Positions 60,367 through 64,000 of a stretch of 64,000 nucleotides of DNA are shown here, in pieces (within the stretch, counting starts at the first letter, position 1; each line of letters opens with the position of its first letter). Below the pieces are notes generated by a model. The model ran no database searches. It had not been told where the DNA came from and saw only the letters and a list, made by a program, of their open reading frames with translations. The stretch lies in NCBI GenBank assembly GCA_951406725.2, contig OX597825.1, forward strand, positions 71,672,001-71,736,000, in the 5' to 3' direction. The DNA comes from Octopus vulgaris (taxonomy: Eukaryota). Both the position numbers and the translations under genes were made by a program.

Positions 60367-60703
60367 TGTCTTTCAGAGTATGTAGATATCGGTTATATGG
60401 GAATTTCATTCGAAAAAGAAAATTAGTGGACTCGTACATATCACATTTTCATTTCGAAATTTCATGTGATGTGTGTCAGTATGTAATGTGTATGAACATA
60501 CCAATTTCTTTTTCGTATTAAATTTAGATAAAATCGTAATCTACACCATCCGTTGTAGAAAATTTCATTACAAAACAATAATTTTTCTGGAAGTTATGAG
60601 GCAACAAAATCGTGTGTGACAGAGAACCACATTTCTAGGTATGCCCCGCTTGCGTCGGTTGTCAAGCGGTGGTGGGCACGGACGCAAACACCCACCTATA
60701 CAC

Positions 60704-60927
60704 ATTTCTTTATTATCCACAAGGGGCTAAACATAGAGGGGACAAACAAGGACAGACATAGGTATTAAGTCGATTACATTGACCTCAGTGCGTAACTGGT
60801 ACTTTATTTACCGACCCCGAGAGGATGAAAGGCAAAGTCGACCTCGGCGGAATTTGAACTCAGAACGTAACGGCAGACGAAATACGGCTACGCATTTCGC
60901 CCGGCGTGCTAACGTTTCTGCCAGCTC
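60704..60927 (-). mobile_element. SINE family A
   Basis: Reverse complement of family A. Confidence 0.85.
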
Positions 60928-61734
60928 ACACACACGCACGCACGCACACACACACAATCATTAAACTGCACACTTTGTCCTTTATTCTTATTCTCTCTCT
61001 CTTTCTCTCTAACGATAGTTTATTTTACAGTCTAAGGGAGGTAACTCAAATCGGGGGCGGGGGGATGCATCAACTCATGTTAACATATGGCATCTGTCGG
61101 TAACAAAAATTCTGCAAAATGCGAGGTCATGAAATTGTCGTCAGGCCTCGAGATTGCATTAGAATCTCATAAATTTCAATAAAATACTTCTAGAATAAAC
61201 ACAGCGTGATTATGCGTATGTTTAAACACCAATATATAAGCTGCAGGCATAATTATATCGGGGAACAATTTTGCTTCATAACTATGAATTTTGGGGATCA
61301 ATCTCATTACGCACGACTTTGGAGCCAGCGTATGCAACTAACGATTCGGGAATGACTAATAAATCTTGTTTGTAGACAGAAATATTGTGGAAAATCGTTG
61401 TAGATCGACGAAATATGAGAAACAGGCGACACGCTATATACCGGTGATTTCGAATTAAAGTACATCGTAGTATATGTTCCGCATGGGAACCGCAATGCGG
61501 AAACAATTCCCTGTCGTTCTTCTCATCAAAGTTGGTATTGGTAGACTAATGCACTGAAAAACTTGTAATCAACGAAGTTATTATCAAGAAGATGATATGG
61601 GTGTTGCTGATGACGCTAGTATTTACATTTTGCGATATAAAATTGATAAAACCGTTATAACATTATAATGGTGAAGGAAAATGTTGCCTTCAGTGCTCAG
61701 GTGTACTACAATGAAAAAAAAAAAAAGGCAATCA

Positions 61735-62156
61735 GGCGCAGGAGTGGTTGTGTGGTAAGTAGCTTGCTTACCAACCACATGGTTCCGGGTTCAGTCCCAC
61801 TGCGTGGCATCTTGGGCAAGTGTCTTCTGCTATAGCCTCGGGCCGACCAAATCTTTGTGAGTGGATTTGGTAGACGGAAACTGAAAGAAGCCTGTCGTAT
61901 ATATGTATATATATGTGTGTGTGTGTGTGTGTATGTTTGTGTGTCTGTGTTTGTTCCCCTAGCATTGCTTGACAACCGATGCTGGTGTGTTTACGTCCCC
62001 GTCACTTAACGGTTCGGCAAAGAGACCGATAGAATAAGTACTGGGCTTACAAAGAATAAGTCCTGGGGGTCGATTTGCTCGACTAAAGGCGGTGCTCCAG
62101 CATGGCCACAGTCAAATGACTGAAACAAGTAAAAGAGTAAAAGAGTAAAGAGTAAA
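61735..62156 (+). mobile_element. SINE family B
   Basis: Full-length match with (agagtaa)n tail. Confidence 0.85.
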
Positions 62157-62164
62157 GAGAGAGG

Positions 62165-62955
62165 TGTACTGTTGGCAGATTTCAAGATGCTTGGAAGTTT
62201 TGAAGGATTTAGTGTCTCGACAGCTAACAACTGATGCGGGTAGTTTATTCCATGCTTCAGCAATTCTGAGCGTGAAAAAATGTTTCCGAAGGTCATGGGT
62301 GCTGTGTTGTTTTTTGATTTTATAAGCAAGTCCGCGAGCGTTTGTACCAAGAAGGTACCCAAGGTTGTTGTTGGAAAGATGGTGGATAATCTTGTGAGTT
62401 TCTATCAAGTCAGTTGCCGGACGTCCGAGCTTCAATGTATCCATGTTCAGGGAAGCAAAACGTTCACAGTATGGTAGATGTCTGACGGGGCGGGGTGTAT
62501 TCGTTTGGTTGCACGTTTCTGAACAGTCTCCAGGAGATTTATACGCTGAGCAAGATAGGGATTGCAGATTGGAGATGCAAATTCCGAGTGTGGACGTACC
62601 ATTGTCGTATACAATTTTAAATAGATAGCTAGAGAGCGGCTGACAAAGGTCTTATTGAGTGATGTTAGCACCCTCTCAGCCTTCTTGACAATCTTAGGGA
62701 TGTGGTTTGTCCAACGCAGATCGTTGTCTACAACGGTGCCCAGATCACGTCCGCTTGAAGACTTCTTGAGATTGATGTTGCTGAGGGAGTATGTAAAGGC
62801 TGGATTTTTCTCTCCCAAAATGCATGGTGACGCACTTGTCCACAACTAGCCTGAGTTGTCAGTCAGAGATCCATTGCTGCATTGTATCCAGGTCTGATTG
62901 CAGGAAAGATCTATAACGCATAGGATCTGTTCTTTTTATTTCGAGGTGCAGCTTG
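62165..62955 (-). mobile_element. Degenerate CR1-like LINE 3' fragment
   Basis: RDLGTVVDNDLRW, KLYTTMVRPHSEFASPICNPYL...LETVQKRATK, RKHFFTLRIAEAWNKLP. Confidence 0.85.
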
Positions 62956-63404
62956 AGGTATTGGTTGTTGTTTAGCGCTCCCGGTTAAGGTCTGATCCAG
63001 CAGATATAAGATAAGCGCCATGTCAACCGCGACCATCTCATCTTATTAGAATTATTCTACGATCACCATTATCTAATGTTCCTCTCTTTACCTTTCCTTC
63101 GTAAAGTGTGTTGAGTGTTATTTAAGCGAGATTTAGTTTCTACACATGCTTTCAATAAGTTATTATAATTTTGAATAACGAGTTAAATTGTAAGTCCGCA
63201 CTATTCGGGAAATTCCACAACTCGTTTTCCGAATTATTTTTGTTCCAAATGTTATCCAGAGTTAATTCCCTTGATGTGACTTACCTCCCTTCGACTGTAA
63301 ACTCTAGTATTGTGTCTTCAATTTTTATAGAATTTTAGCCGCTGTCTGTCGGCGTATCTGCCTGTCTATAAATAGTACACTCTTTTGTTTTCAAAATATC
63401 GATC

Positions 63405-63440
<36 letters not shown>

Positions 63441-63667
63441 AATATACGCACACACACACACACATGTCTATCTATCTGTGTGTGTGTGTCTAAACGCACG
63501 TTTTCTATGTTTATTTGTCTGGAGGGTGACTCAATACTTTTGTAGAGTACAAATTATTCTGAAACAAGGATATTATTGATAGCAACTTCGAAGTTTCGAC
63601 CAGCTAACCCATCCTCAGACTGGTCGAAAGTTGGAAGTTATTGTCAATAATGTTTTTGTAGAAGAAA

Positions 63668-64000
<333 letters not shown>

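Noticed and set aside
61282-61560. Possible minus-strand exon
   Set aside because: Short ORFs with no recognisable motif or partner exons; cannot be supported.

Overview
AT-rich, microsatellite- and transposon-dense animal DNA; the SINE/microsatellite landscape looks like an octopus (cephalopod) genome, which is an inference. The dominant feature is one giant, apparently intronless + strand gene (ATG 16978 to TAA 39598; about 7,540 aa once five slippage-type frameshifts are repaired). Its N-terminal ~630 aa carry the motifs of the HAP2/GCS1 class II gamete fusogen, but the fusion (cd) loop appears almost completely deleted. This is followed by a ~17 kb Ser/Arg/Glu-rich coding tandem array (17-aa monomers and 51/52-aa higher-order units) and a ~100-aa globular-looking C-terminal domain. 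The 3' part of a second, tandem HAP2-like paralog with a short tail occupies 2-1144 and ends in a Tigger-like remnant. The rest is SINEs (three tRNA-derived families), CR1-, RTE- and CRE-like LINE fragments, MITEs (hAT-like and Merlin-like), non-autonomous Helitrons, satellites and several hammerhead-ribozyme-like motifs. Family assignments come from motif recognition by eye; no database search was run.
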